A DNA stretch of 64,000 nt from Lysobacteraceae bacterium (GCA_031374725.1 JANMGT010000021.1:28923-92922); one strand, 5' to 3'; positions 17,314 to 26,671 are shown, counted from the stretch's first letter. The notes: generated by a model not told the origin, from the sequence alone. Numbers and translations are program-made.

Positions 17314-20195
17314 GACAAACCTCCGACTAGCTGTAGGCTAAAGCGGCCAATCGCGGCGTCTGCGGCGTCGCCGCCGGTCGCGAGCGCGTCGGCAGGCACC
17401 AGGATGCGATCCGATAGTTGCGCCGCTTCGCTTTCAGCATGGAAAGCAGTGGCGAGCAGATGATCGACGCCAGCGATGCTTTCGGCTAAGGCGTAGACAT
17501 CGCTGAGCACTACATCGGCGCCGAGTTCGCGTTGGTCGAACCCGAAGAAGCCGAAGCTTCCGAACGCATTGAGCACGGCGCGCTGCACATCGCTTTGCAA
17601 GAAGCGCTCCGACACGTTCACCCGCAGTGCAAGACGAATCGGCCACGGTCGATAATCGCGTACGCGGATTCTGGCGGGGTCGTGGCTGCGCGCAGCGAGG
17701 TACGCCAGTAAGGCTTCTTTCTGCGGCGTCGATAACGCACTGCCACCTGCCGCTGCGATGGTCAATACGATCACGCTGCGCGCTGCGTGTCCGCTGCCTT
17801 CCCGTTCGAGATCGGCGCGGGCTTTAGCGACGCCGGAATAGCTCAGCGCTAAATCAACGTAATCGCTCAGCGCGACCGCGCGATCAAGCGTGCGCACGCG
17901 ATGCGCGGCCTGCCGCTTCACCGATTCGGGCGCTTCAACATCGCTGCCGCCACTGGCCGGAATCGGATTGAAGCTGCGCTCAAGGAACGTCAGCGCGCGC
18001 GGCATGGTCGCGATCGCGATAGCATTCACGTTCGCGGCGTTGCCGTGGCCGACGCGGTACTTGGCAATGATATTGTTGCGGCCCGATGGCGGCACTGCGC
18101 CGTAGGCACCGTCGCCGAATACGATCGTCGCGCGCTCACGGTCGTCGATATCGACCATGTAGTGATGATCCAACGGGCCACTGCCGGCAAGCGTGTCCAC
18201 CGCGACCCATTGTTCGCCATCCACCCATATCTCGACCGCTGGGCGTACGCCGCGCGGGGCATTCGCGTCGGCGATGAATGCCAACGCCGATTTCCGCAGC
18301 ACGAAGCGCTGCGGTGCCAGGATGGGATCGCCGCTGCCCAACATTTCATCGCCCGTCGAGGCGCCGTGCGAGACGGTGGCGACATTGCCGTAGACGACGG
18401 TGTCGCCGAGCGCATAGTTGTTTTCCAAAGGCCGCGCGAGGCCAACGCGGCTGCGATCGCTCAGCGTTTGCACTTGGGTGATGCGTGCGCCTTCCGCACG
18501 TGTGCCGTCCGAGACCACGATGTCGAGCCCCAGGGCGAGACCCGCAGGCGCACCGACAATGTCCAGTTGCGAGAGTCCGCTCGCGATAGTCGCTTCCGAG
18601 TGGTGATAGCCCGCGATCCGCATCGCGTGTTCGTACGGCCCATGCAAACCCAAGGTCGCGACGCGGAACAGGCTATCGACGCTGCCATCGAGCGTGAGCA
18701 AGGTCTTGTCTTCTGCCGTATCGACCAGCACCACGCGATGCGCACGCGCGCGCAGGCCGTCGCTCAGACCGATCACGGTGTCCGGCGCCAAGCCTTCGTA
18801 GGTTTTATCGAGAGTCAGCACGGTATCGCCGCCCTGATAGATGCCCGCGAGTTCACCCAGCAGCATTGGACGAAGCTTGGTCTGGTGCGTGGAAGGATCG
18901 TTCGGCGCAAGCATGTAGTAACGAACGCGAGCCACTTCGTCGAACGGTCGCGATGTCGGTCGCAGTGCGCGCGTCGTCGGCTGCGTGAGTGTGATGGTAT
19001 CGCCCGATACGCTAGCGACCGTCGCCATTTCGACGCCGCTTGCATCGGCGAGAAGCAGGACATCGCCTGGATTCGGCGTATGCGGATACTCTTTTTTCTT
19101 GTAGCCAAGCTGATCGCGATAGAGCGTCGTTGTACCGACACGCACCGTCGACGTCGTACCGCCGCAGGACGTGCCTTCCAGAACGCGGGTTTTCGAGCGA
19201 CGCAGCGATGACGGCACGCCGCGATTGAGCACAATCGTTTTTGCGGTTGCGTCCTTAGCGAGAATCAAGGCCGGGAACTGCAGGCCGCCGTTTTCGACCA
19301 GCACCGCCGCGCCCACGGTGAACATCGTTGCGTTGGCGACTGGCAGCATGTTTTGACCCAGAGTTATTTCGTCCGCACGCTCGGCGGCTTCAAGCTTCAT
19401 GATTTGCTTGCCGCGGCCGAGGATTGTGGTGTCGGCGATCGCCAGATCGTTGTCCGCGACTGGAGCGCCGGCGGCCCAGCGTAGCTCGGTCGCGCCATCG
19501 ACCTCGGCAGCGGCCACAAGCGGCACTGCCGCAAGCGTCGCGCCGTCGTCGAACACGATCGGTGTGCCGGCTTTCAAACCGGCATAGATGCCATCGGTCG
19601 CGACGAAGCTGTCCTGCGCCGCTCCCGCATTTTCGCGTAACTTTACGAAACGGCTGGAACGGTCGTAACCGAACAAGCGCATCGCATTGCGCGCGGCATC
19701 GGCCTCAATCGCTGTGAGCGTTTGGAACACTTGGTCGCCGGTCGCTGCCGTGCCGGCGAGAGGTGGCGCAGTGACTTGAAAGCCGCTGGGCACCATGCCG
19801 CTCTGCCCGGGTTTGGCGAGGAACGCTTGCAGACTCGTCGCGCTTGAACCGGCACCGGGTCGATAGTCGATCAAGGCCGACAAATCGATCAACGAGCGCG
19901 GCAGCGTCGCGGTGCGTAGAAACCCTTCGTTTGCGCGCTGATCGGCGTATCCGTTGAGGATCGCGCACAGATGTGCGGACAAGCGCGTGAGTACGACGGC
20001 ATAGTCCCCACCTTCCTCAAGATAGCGCGCGTTCCAACCCGGCAGAGCCTGCGGCAGCCGCGCAAGCAAGCGCGCGCGCAAGGTTTCGCTGTCTTCGGCG
20101 GCGTAGTCGATGCGCGGTAGCGCCGGTCGATTTGCGGCCGTCACCGGTAGCGCTTCGAAAACGCCGTCGATCGACGATGACGTGGTCTGGCTCAT
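17310..20195 (-). CDS. Baseplate J/gp47-like wedge protein (961 aa)
   Basis: RANEGFLRTAT; YRPGAGSSATSLQAF; VYGNVATVSHG; EILGSGD-like segment; YRVGHG...GNV; RAVALSDY. Confidence 0.88.
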   Translation of the reverse strand: MSQTTSSSIDGVFEALPVTAANRPALPRIDYAAEDSETLRARLLARLPQALPGWNARYLEEGGDYAVVLTRLSAHLCAILNGYADQRANEGFLRTATLPRSLIDLSALIDYRPGAGSSATSLQAFLAKPGQSGMVPSGFQVTAPPLAGTAATGDQVFQTLTAIEADAARNAMRLFGYDRSSRFVKLRENAGAAQDSFVATDGIYAGLKAGTPIVFDDGATLAAVPLVAAAEVDGATELRWAAGAPVADNDLAIADTTILGRGKQIMKLEAAERADEITLGQNMLPVANATMFTVGAAVLVENGGLQFPALILAKDATAKTIVLNRGVPSSLRRSKTRVLEGTSCGGTTSTVRVGTTTLYRDQLGYKKKEYPHTPNPGDVLLLADASGVEMATVASVSGDTITLTQPTTRALRPTSRPFDEVARVRYYMLAPNDPSTHQTKLRPMLLGELAGIYQGGDTVLTLDKTYEGLAPDTVIGLSDGLRARAHRVVLVDTAEDKTLLTLDGSVDSLFRVATLGLHGPYEHAMRIAGYHHSEATIASGLSQLDIVGAPAGLALGLDIVVSDGTRAEGARITQVQTLSDRSRVGLARPLENNYALGDTVVYGNVATVSHGASTGDEMLGSGDPILAPQRFVLRKSALAFIADANAPRGVRPAVEIWVDGEQWVAVDTLAGSGPLDHHYMVDIDDRERATIVFGDGAYGAVPPSGRNNIIAKYRVGHGNAANVNAIAIATMPRALTFLERSFNPIPASGGSDVEAPESVKRQAAHRVRTLDRAVALSDYVDLALSYSGVAKARADLEREGSGHAARSVIVLTIAAAGGSALSTPQKEALLAYLAARSHDPARIRVRDYRPWPIRLALRVNVSERFLQSDVQRAVLNAFGSFGFFGFDQRELGADVVLSDVYALAESIAGVDHLLATAFHAESEAAQLSDRILVPADALATGGDAADAAIGRFSLQLVGGLS

Positions 20196-22114
20196 CAGCC
20201 CTCCTTGCCTCCGACCGTGCGCACGTACAAAACGCCGTTTTCGGTCGCAGATGCATCGTTGTCGCAGCGCGCTACGTCCAGCGCGCCGACCGGGATCATG
20301 CCATCGACTTCGTTATCTGGATAACGATCGCCGAGGCGTTTGAAGCGTGTGACTGCGACCGATTCGACACCTTCGATCGCAGCGACAACTGCATAGAGAT
20401 CGGACAAATACACCGGCTGCCCGAAACCGAACCGACCCGGCGCGAAGAACGGCAGCCCCGTCGTAAGCGGGCCGATCAGTGCGCGTTCGACCGCACTGCG
20501 CACATCGCGCGCGAAATGGCCAGACGACACTTCGACCTTCAATGCGATATGCAGGGCGAAATAGCGCGCGTCTTCGACCCGGATATCGATGCCCGCCATT
20601 TTTTTGCCATCGAGCAGCGCTTCCAGCGCGTCGCGCAACCCTGGCGTATCTGCCAGCGGCCGCCGGTCGGGCATGTCCACGCTGACGAACACCGTGTTCC
20701 AACTGCCGGTCGGTTCGATACGGGCCTTACTTTGCAGCGGCGCATGATGCACGCCGTTGACCCGCACGCCTGCTGCGATGCAGACCTGGTAGTCGCCCGG
20801 CGTCACCGCGCGACTGATCGCGCGCAGTTGATAAGGCGCCATCAGTTTCGCGTTACTCAATGTTTCCGGATCGCGCGCGCCCAAGGCGGCAAGCGGGTTG
20901 CGCACGCGCAGTATCTTCTGCGACGGCAGCGGGAAGGCGAATGCGGTGTCGAAATTCTGCAGCGCACCCGGCGCGACCTGACCGCCGTTGCCCAGACCGA
21001 CGCGGTACTTAGCGACGATCTTGGCTTCTTTAGCCGGTATCGCGCCGCGAACGCCATCGCTGAAATGCACGGTCGCATATCCATCATTGTTACGCGAGAC
21101 TCGGTAATGCCGGTCGGCGGGTTCGCTATCGATGAAATCCTCGACTTCGCTCCATTCGACACCATCGACGACTATGTCCAGCGCCTGTTCGACATCGCCT
21201 TCCGGATCGTCGCTTGGCGCGACTTGCGAGATCGGCGCCAATTCCAATTCGAGCGTTTGCTTCGGCGTGCCGGTCGCGGTCTTGCCCTGCTCGTGCGATG
21301 CGCCGTGGGTCGCACGCACCGCATTGCCGTAGACGCGCGCGGGTGCGATGCCCAGAGCGGCATCGCCTAATCGCGAATAATCGCGAGAGAGTGGCGCGAG
21401 CAGCGTTAGCGTGGTTACGCCGGCGGCAAATGCTGGAGCTGCGGCAAGTTCGCACCACTCGCCTTCCGGCAAGCGCGTGAGATCGGTGCGTGGAATACCG
21501 GTATCGGCCTGTTGAATGAACAGACGACTGCCCTTGGCGACCAATCCGGTCAAATCCGCCGCAACGCGAATCTCCTTTCGATTCGCATTCGACGGCGCAT
21601 CGACAGCCAAGGCGATGCGGCTCAGCGCCGAATGCACGACGACTTCGTCCGATGTTTCGTAGATCACGCTGTCGTCGGCAGTTTCTACGCCTTTGATCGC
21701 AGCGCTTCCGATCGCGAAGCCCGATGGCAACAGAAACGGCGCCACCCCCGCGACCTCGAACAGCAGTGTCGTATCGGCGGAGCGACCCGGATCCATCGTG
21801 TAATCGATCATCCGCACCAGCTTGCGGACGGATTCGCGCTGGGTCGCGGTGCGCAAAAAACCCTCCAATGCGACGCGATCCTGCAGATAACTCAGTTGGT
21901 CGCCAGCGAACGCCAGCAGCTCCATCAGCACGATGCCAAGGTCGGCTTCGCTGCGGTCCAGCCATTCGGGCGCCAACTGCGGCAGTTGGTCGAGCATCGC
22001 GCGCAGTAAGCTGTCGTAATCGTGCGCCATCAGATCGACGCCGGCATAGCTGCGCGGCGCGGGCGATGGCGTTGGCGGCTCGCGGCCGCAATCGATGGTG
22101 AGACAATCAGCCAC
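20195..22114 (-). CDS. Baseplate J/gp47-like wedge protein (639 aa)
   Basis: DYDSLLRAML...WLDRSEADLGIVLMELLAFAGDQLSYLQDRVALEGFLRTATQRESV; RAVTPGDY; FGFGQPVYLSDLY. Confidence 0.9.
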   Translation of the reverse strand: MADCLTIDCGREPPTPSPAPRSYAGVDLMAHDYDSLLRAMLDQLPQLAPEWLDRSEADLGIVLMELLAFAGDQLSYLQDRVALEGFLRTATQRESVRKLVRMIDYTMDPGRSADTTLLFEVAGVAPFLLPSGFAIGSAAIKGVETADDSVIYETSDEVVVHSALSRIALAVDAPSNANRKEIRVAADLTGLVAKGSRLFIQQADTGIPRTDLTRLPEGEWCELAAAPAFAAGVTTLTLLAPLSRDYSRLGDAALGIAPARVYGNAVRATHGASHEQGKTATGTPKQTLELELAPISQVAPSDDPEGDVEQALDIVVDGVEWSEVEDFIDSEPADRHYRVSRNNDGYATVHFSDGVRGAIPAKEAKIVAKYRVGLGNGGQVAPGALQNFDTAFAFPLPSQKILRVRNPLAALGARDPETLSNAKLMAPYQLRAISRAVTPGDYQVCIAAGVRVNGVHHAPLQSKARIEPTGSWNTVFVSVDMPDRRPLADTPGLRDALEALLDGKKMAGIDIRVEDARYFALHIALKVEVSSGHFARDVRSAVERALIGPLTTGLPFFAPGRFGFGQPVYLSDLYAVVAAIEGVESVAVTRFKRLGDRYPDNEVDGMIPVGALDVARCDNDASATENGVLYVRTVGGKEG

Positions 22115-22493
22115 GGTTCGTGCCCTCCTGCGGCGAGAGTTGGTACACGACGCGTCGCCGTTCGAGGTCGCGGCTCTTGGTATAGACGACTTCGATCTGC
22201 AGCGTTTCTTCGACGTTATCGACGTGAACGGCGTTGATCATCACCAGGTCGCCGAGAAACGTTTGCAGCGACTTGGCCACCGTGAATTCGGTGGCTGCGG
22301 CGAGCACATCGTTGTTGCCGCGGAACAGTAGGTCGCGTGCGCCGCAGCCGAAACTGGGCAGCATCACCCGCTCGCCCGGCGAGGTAAACAACAACTGCTC
22401 GATACGGCCGCGGATCGCGCCGTCGAGATCGGTCGTCGCTGCGGCGCCGGCGCCGGTCAGCGAAAACGGAAACTTGAGGTAGCGTTCGTTCAT
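22107..22493 (-). CDS. GPW/gp25 family baseplate wedge protein
   Basis: IRGRIEQLLFTSPGERVMLPSFGCG gp25 signature. Confidence 0.92.
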   Translation of the reverse strand: MNERYLKFPFSLTGAGAAATTDLDGAIRGRIEQLLFTSPGERVMLPSFGCGARDLLFRGNNDVLAAATEFTVAKSLQTFLGDLVMINAVHVDNVEETLQIEVVYTKSRDLERRRVVYQLSPQEGTNRG

Positions 22494-22503
22494 CGCGATG
22501 CTC

Positions 22504-22779
22504 TCAGCTGATGTCGCCGTTGCTGCCGCTCAAGGTCACGACGACATTCGGAACGCTATTTCCGAATTTGCCCTGCGTGACGCGAACGTCGAGGTTGGTT
22601 TTGAGATGATTGATAACGCCGGTAGCGATCGCGATGAAGGTCTTGCGACGGTTCTCCGCGGCATCGGGCGTCTCTTCGTCGAGATCGATCAAGCCCTGCG
22701 CGATCATCGCCAGTTCAATTGCCTGCGCCATGCTGCCCGCTTCGAGCGCGTCGCCGTTGAGCGTGCCTGGTTTCAGCAT
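22504..22779 (-). CDS. Small hypothetical protein in the baseplate module
   Basis: 91-aa ORF with RBS GGAG, tightly packed between gp25 and the Pro-rich gene. Confidence 0.7.
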   Translation of the reverse strand: MLKPGTLNGDALEAGSMAQAIELAMIAQGLIDLDEETPDAAENRRKTFIAIATGVINHLKTNLDVRVTQGKFGNSVPNVVVTLSGSNGDIS

Positions 22780-22807
22780 GTCGTTCTCCTTGTCGTCTCT
22801 TGGCGCA

Positions 22808-22849
22808 TTAGCAGGGGCATGTCAGCAGCGGCATGTCAGCAGGGGCATG
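22808..22849. repeat. Three tandem 14-bp copies (minus strand CATGCCCCTGCTGA-like)
   Basis: ttagcaggggcatg / tcagcagcggcatg / tcagcaggggcatg at 22808, 22822 and 22836. Confidence 0.9.
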
Positions 22850-23171
22850 GCGGCAATTTCGGCAGCGCCGGCAACGATGGCAACGGCGGCAAACTCGGAA
22901 TCGGCAGCGGAATCACCAGCGACGGAATCGGCAGCGACGGCAGCGCGGGCAACGCTGGTAACTTCGGTAGCGACGGCAACGACGGCAGTGCGGGCAAGCT
23001 CGGAATCGGCAGCGGAATCACCAGCGAGGGAATCGGCAGCGACGGCAGCGCGGGCAGTGCCGGCAATTTCGGCAGCGACGGCAACGATGGCAGCGGCGGC
23101 AAGCTCGGAATCGGCAGCGGAATCACCAGCGAGGGAATCGGCAGCGAGGGAATGCGACAAACGCAGGTCAT
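22836..23171 (-). CDS. Pro/Leu/Ser-rich tandem-repeat protein with CxC at both ends (111 aa)
   Basis: AGGAG RBS immediately after the spike stop; sequence is MTCVC-(35-aa unit x3)-CPC. Confidence 0.72.
   Translation of the reverse strand: MTCVCRIPSLPIPSLVIPLPIPSLPPLPSLPSLPKLPALPALPSLPIPSLVIPLPIPSLPALPSLPSLPKLPALPALPSLPIPSLVIPLPIPSLPPLPSLPALPKLPPCPC
22839..23150 (-). repeat. 105-bp coding tandem repeat x3
   Basis: Unit PSLPIPSLVIPLPIPSLP[P/A]LPSLP[S/A]LPKLPALPAL; the third copy ends in PPCPC. Confidence 0.92.
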
Positions 23172-23183
23172 GGCGTGTTCTCC

Positions 23184-24146
23184 TCACTTTAAGGTCACGG
23201 ATTTGGACATCGCCGGATGGGTCGGCGCGGACAGCGGCATCGGCACCGGGATCGGCGGCCCAGACGGCCCAAGCGCGGTCGGATGCGTATGCGCATCGAA
23301 GACCGACGCGAAGGCGCGACCGAGGATGGCCGGCTCCATCGCGCCCTCGCCTAGCGAGATCGTGTCGCTACGTACCATCACGTTCTTGGCGATCACTTGC
23401 ACCGCAGTGCCGGCCATATCGATGACACTGCCGTCTTTATTGGTCAGAGTGATGCTCGATTCGCCCAAACGCACGTTGTTGCCGCCTTCGTCGGCAATCG
23501 CCAGTTCGCCGTCTTCGGCGTTGAGATAGACGAAGGTGCCGCTTTTGTTGCCGAGGGTGATGCTGCCCTTCTCGTCGAAGGTCAGAATCGCGCCGTCTTT
23601 GTGGCGGATCGAGACGCTTTCTTTGCCTTCGATGTCGCAGAATTCCAATACATGGCCGCTCGATGTCTTCAGCACGCGCCGTTTCGGCGCGTTGTCTTCC
23701 ATGTCTTGCGCTTCTTTCGGAATCTCTGTCGCCCCGCTCGGCGCGGACCAGAACACGCCGACCCAGATCGGGCTATCCAGATTGCCTTCCTCGTATTCGA
23801 CCCAGACTTTGCTGCCAATTTCCGGAACGAAGAACATGCCTTGATCCGGGCTGCCTCCGAACGGCAAACAGGGCCACGCCCATTCGCTGACGGAGGGGTG
23901 ATTCTCGTCCTTGGGCTGTGCGGCGTCGGTGGGCTCGGCGTGGCCGGCAGCGGCCTCGTTATCTTCGGTCGGAAACAGGCTCGGCACCCAGACCCGCAGG
24001 CGACCGAGTGTGTCTGGATCTTTGTTGTCTACGACGAGTCCGCGGTACTTCCCGTAATAGCGATTTTCCAAACGCTCGACGCGCTCGTCGCTCGCGGTGC
24101 CTGCGCCGGTTCCACTCGATGTCATTGCGCTCGCGCTCGCATTCAT
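23184..24146 (-). CDS. Central spike, gp5/gpV (VgrG-like OB fold) with HxH apex
   Basis: RYYGKYRGLVVDNKDPDTLGRLRVWVP...WAWPC...GMFFVPEIGSKVWVEYEEGNLDSPIWVG; C-terminal FDAHTHP. Start placed at the ATG at 24146 (GAGGG RBS). Confidence 0.92.
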   Translation of the reverse strand: MNASASAMTSSGTGAGTASDERVERLENRYYGKYRGLVVDNKDPDTLGRLRVWVPSLFPTEDNEAAAGHAEPTDAAQPKDENHPSVSEWAWPCLPFGGSPDQGMFFVPEIGSKVWVEYEEGNLDSPIWVGVFWSAPSGATEIPKEAQDMEDNAPKRRVLKTSSGHVLEFCDIEGKESVSIRHKDGAILTFDEKGSITLGNKSGTFVYLNAEDGELAIADEGGNNVRLGESSITLTNKDGSVIDMAGTAVQVIAKNVMVRSDTISLGEGAMEPAILGRAFASVFDAHTHPTALGPSGPPIPVPMPLSAPTHPAMSKSVTLK

Positions 24147-24156
24147 CGTTCGGCCC

Positions 24157-25368
24157 TCATGCCGGCAACACGCGTGGGCCATCGGGCGTCACATCGATCA
24201 CGTCTTCATCGATGCCAGGCCCTGCGGCGAGCGGCGTCATTGACGCGGCGGACTCGCCTTCGAAGTTTTCCGTGCCAAGTTTTCCGATCGCATTTCGACC
24301 AAGCTCGAACGCCATGTCGTAGGTTCGCATCGTCAGGCGATGTTGCACTTTCCTCACGTAATAGACGCCGTTGTAATTTCCGCCGACGCCCTTAACCGTC
24401 ACCGTCTTGCGGCTGCGCAGCACCGTGCCATACACCGCACCGTCGAGCCTGCCGCTGGCCGTCACCCACCAGCCATGACGGCGCAGCATGCCTGCGGTGT
24501 AATCGGCCGCTTGCGCGCCGGAATTGAAACCGTGTCCTCGTGCCATCCGCGCCGCTGGCGGCATCTCGATCGCACCGCGTCGCGTGGACAACGGTTGCGT
24601 GCCCAGATCGGGCAGCCCGGATGTCTGCGCCGCGACGCTCATCGCCTTGCCTTCCATCGCGTCGAAATACGACAGGCGCGCGAGCGTCGGCGCGGTGCCA
24701 TCGGAACCGAACTGCAGACTGCGGCAGTTGGTCTGATCGCCGAAATTAACCGCGATGAGTTTCTGCGGCGTTCCGGTAAGATTGGGCCTGCGGAAATAGG
24801 CGTTCGCGCCCAACACATAGAATTCGTAACCGCGTCTGCGCGCCAATTCGCGCAAGAAGCGGTGATCGTTGCTGCGCTGCGCGATCTGCAGTTGTTCCGC
24901 CGACGCCGGTGGATTCTCGTCGATGAATGGCGTGAAGTCGTAACTCTCGATGATTTCCTTTGCGATGTCCTCGTAGGTTTTGTTGCGCCAGATCAGCGCC
25001 TTATCTTCTTGCACCATGTGATACGAGGCGTCCACGCCGCGGATCGATACGGTGATGTTCGACTCTGATTCCTGAGTTTGGCAGTCCAGATGGGAAATGT
25101 AGCCATCGAACACCACTTCGGTTTGCTTTGGAAACGCGGCCAACACCGTGATCCGATTCCAGACCTGGAGGTTCTCGTCTTCGAGATACGGCCAACTGCC
25201 GTCATCGTTGCGGCACGCCTGCAATTCGATCGAACACGAGGAACCGACATCCAGATCTTCTTCCACCGTCACCGATTGAACGCACTGCAGCAGCGATTCG
25301 TCCGCGCTACCGTTCACGCGGATAGCGCAACTGAAGGAACGGTCGGAGGCGGTCGGGATCGAGGGCAT
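24157..25368 (-). CDS. Late control D / gp27-like baseplate hub
   Basis: Domain layout and motifs (VFDGYI, Q..SNDHRFLRELARRRGYEFYV, GNYNGVYYVRKVQH). Confidence 0.88.
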   Translation of the reverse strand: MPSIPTASDRSFSCAIRVNGSADESLLQCVQSVTVEEDLDVGSSCSIELQACRNDDGSWPYLEDENLQVWNRITVLAAFPKQTEVVFDGYISHLDCQTQESESNITVSIRGVDASYHMVQEDKALIWRNKTYEDIAKEIIESYDFTPFIDENPPASAEQLQIAQRSNDHRFLRELARRRGYEFYVLGANAYFRRPNLTGTPQKLIAVNFGDQTNCRSLQFGSDGTAPTLARLSYFDAMEGKAMSVAAQTSGLPDLGTQPLSTRRGAIEMPPAARMARGHGFNSGAQAADYTAGMLRRHGWWVTASGRLDGAVYGTVLRSRKTVTVKGVGGNYNGVYYVRKVQHRLTMRTYDMAFELGRNAIGKLGTENFEGESAASMTPLAAGPGIDEDVIDVTPDGPRVLPA

Positions 25369-25396
25369 GTGGGGTCCTGTCGGTTAGGCGCTGCGC

Positions 25397-25681
25397 TTAG
25401 GTGTTGCGGTTCTTGGGAATGCGCAGCATGCGTCCGGGTACCAGAAGCTCTTCCAACGTCATCGCATCCGGGTTGGCATCGGCGATCAGCCACCACTTGC
25501 GCGGATCGTGGAAGAATTGGTTCGCGAGGAGATCGAGGCGATCGCCTTCGCGTACTTGATACGTCATCGCCAGCGCGGTCGCGAGCGGTTCCCGCGTGCG
25601 CTTGAGCAAGCGGCCGTTACCCTCGCCGTCTACGAACGTAGCGTCGAGGATGCGGTGATAGCGCGAGCCGTCAAAGAACAT
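25397..25681 (-). CDS. LysM / tail X-like protein
   Basis: YQVREGDRLDLLANQFFHDPRKWWLIADANP...PGRMLRIP. Confidence 0.88.
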   Translation of the reverse strand: MFFDGSRYHRILDATFVDGEGNGRLLKRTREPLATALAMTYQVREGDRLDLLANQFFHDPRKWWLIADANPDAMTLEELLVPGRMLRIPKNRNT

Positions 25682-26333
25682 CGGCGAAGTCTCCTATGTT
25701 GCCCAAGTTCATCGCACCGAGCGCCATGCGCCAGCCGTGCGAATACAGATAAGGCGGATTGAAGCCTTCCAGCACTTTCAACTGCACTGCGATCTGCACG
25801 CGCTTGGGATTGAGGTCGGGAAAGAATTCCTGTTCGGTGATCTGCAAACTGGTCATCACCACCGGCATGACCCGCTTGCGACCCCAGACGAACAGCAAAA
25901 TCGGAATGGTTTTGGCCTGCGCAGCACCGAATTGGTCGCTGCCGCCGAGCAGATTGCCGATCGGGAAACCGAACAATTGGTCGGTCTTCGGATAAATCAT
26001 CAGTTCCAATACCGACAACTGCGCGCCAACGCCAAACTGTTTGGCCAAGAACTGGTTGTCGTTGAGATCGTCGCTCGCGTCGAGCATCAATGAGAGACTG
26101 ATCGTCTCTTCACTGACTTGTACTTGCGATGTACACGCGCGCTGCTGCGCTTCGCTGCCCTCGCGGCAACCGGCACCGCTACCGTCGGCGCCACCGGCGC
26201 TGAAACTCGCGGTCCGGCCACGCGTCAGCGTTTCCGGGTTGAATTGGAACGCGAACAATAGCGGAGGCAGCGACAAGCCGTATTCGATAAAGGCTCCGCG
26301 CAGCAGTTTCGGTCGCATAACGAAATCGGACAT
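25671..26333 (-). CDS. CIS tube initiator (Afp7 N-domain-like)
   Basis: LFAFQFNPETLTR, LLFVWGRKRVMPVVMTSLQITEQEF. Start placed at 26333 after RBS CAGGAA. Confidence 0.82.
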   Translation of the reverse strand: MSDFVMRPKLLRGAFIEYGLSLPPLLFAFQFNPETLTRGRTASFSAGGADGSGAGCREGSEAQQRACTSQVQVSEETISLSLMLDASDDLNDNQFLAKQFGVGAQLSVLELMIYPKTDQLFGFPIGNLLGGSDQFGAAQAKTIPILLFVWGRKRVMPVVMTSLQITEQEFFPDLNPKRVQIAVQLKVLEGFNPPYLYSHGWRMALGAMNLGNIGDFADVL

Positions 26334-26347
26334 GTTGCGGGTTCCTG

Positions 26348-26671
26348 TCAATCCTGCAGAGAATCGAAAATGCGTCGAGCGACGCCGCTGGCGATACGTT
26401 CTCGGGCCGACGGGTCGTTCAATTGGTCGGCAGCGATGCGAAGCGAAAGCTCGCCTATTCGGATATGGCCACTGCTCACTTTGCTCGACAAGATTGCGCC
26501 GATCTCACTGGCCAAACGTTCGCCATGGCGCTGCAAATCGCTGCTAGCGTTGCCTTCGGCGATGATGCTGACCCGTTCGATATGGACCTGCGCGCCTGAT
26601 TCGGCGCGATAACGATTCGACGACGCGATTGGCGTTGATGAGCGCCCTGCATTGGCCATGTTTCTGCTCAT
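26348..26671 (-). CDS. Small eCIS-associated hypothetical protein
   Basis: The ATG at 26671 overlaps the upstream TGA; VHIERVSI/IRIGELSL beta motifs. Confidence 0.65.
   Translation of the reverse strand: MSRNMANAGRSSTPIASSNRYRAESGAQVHIERVSIIAEGNASSDLQRHGERLASEIGAILSSKVSSGHIRIGELSLRIAADQLNDPSARERIASGVARRIFDSLQD

Noticed and set aside
9917-21370. Long plus-strand ORFs (e.g. 9917-11338, 15865-16734, 17901-19211, 20132-21370)
   Set aside because: Antisense shadows typical of high-GC coding DNA; no motifs, and they lie fully opposite well-supported genes.
22822-23150. CRISPR array
   Set aside because: The repeats are contiguous 105-bp coding units without unique spacers; no cas genes.
22498-23529. 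343-aa plus-strand Gly-rich repeat ORF (collagen/ice-nucleation-like appearance)
   Set aside because: It is the reverse complement of the Pro-rich repeat gene. The minus-strand frame has the RBS and operon context, and the plus ORF overlaps three minus-strand genes.
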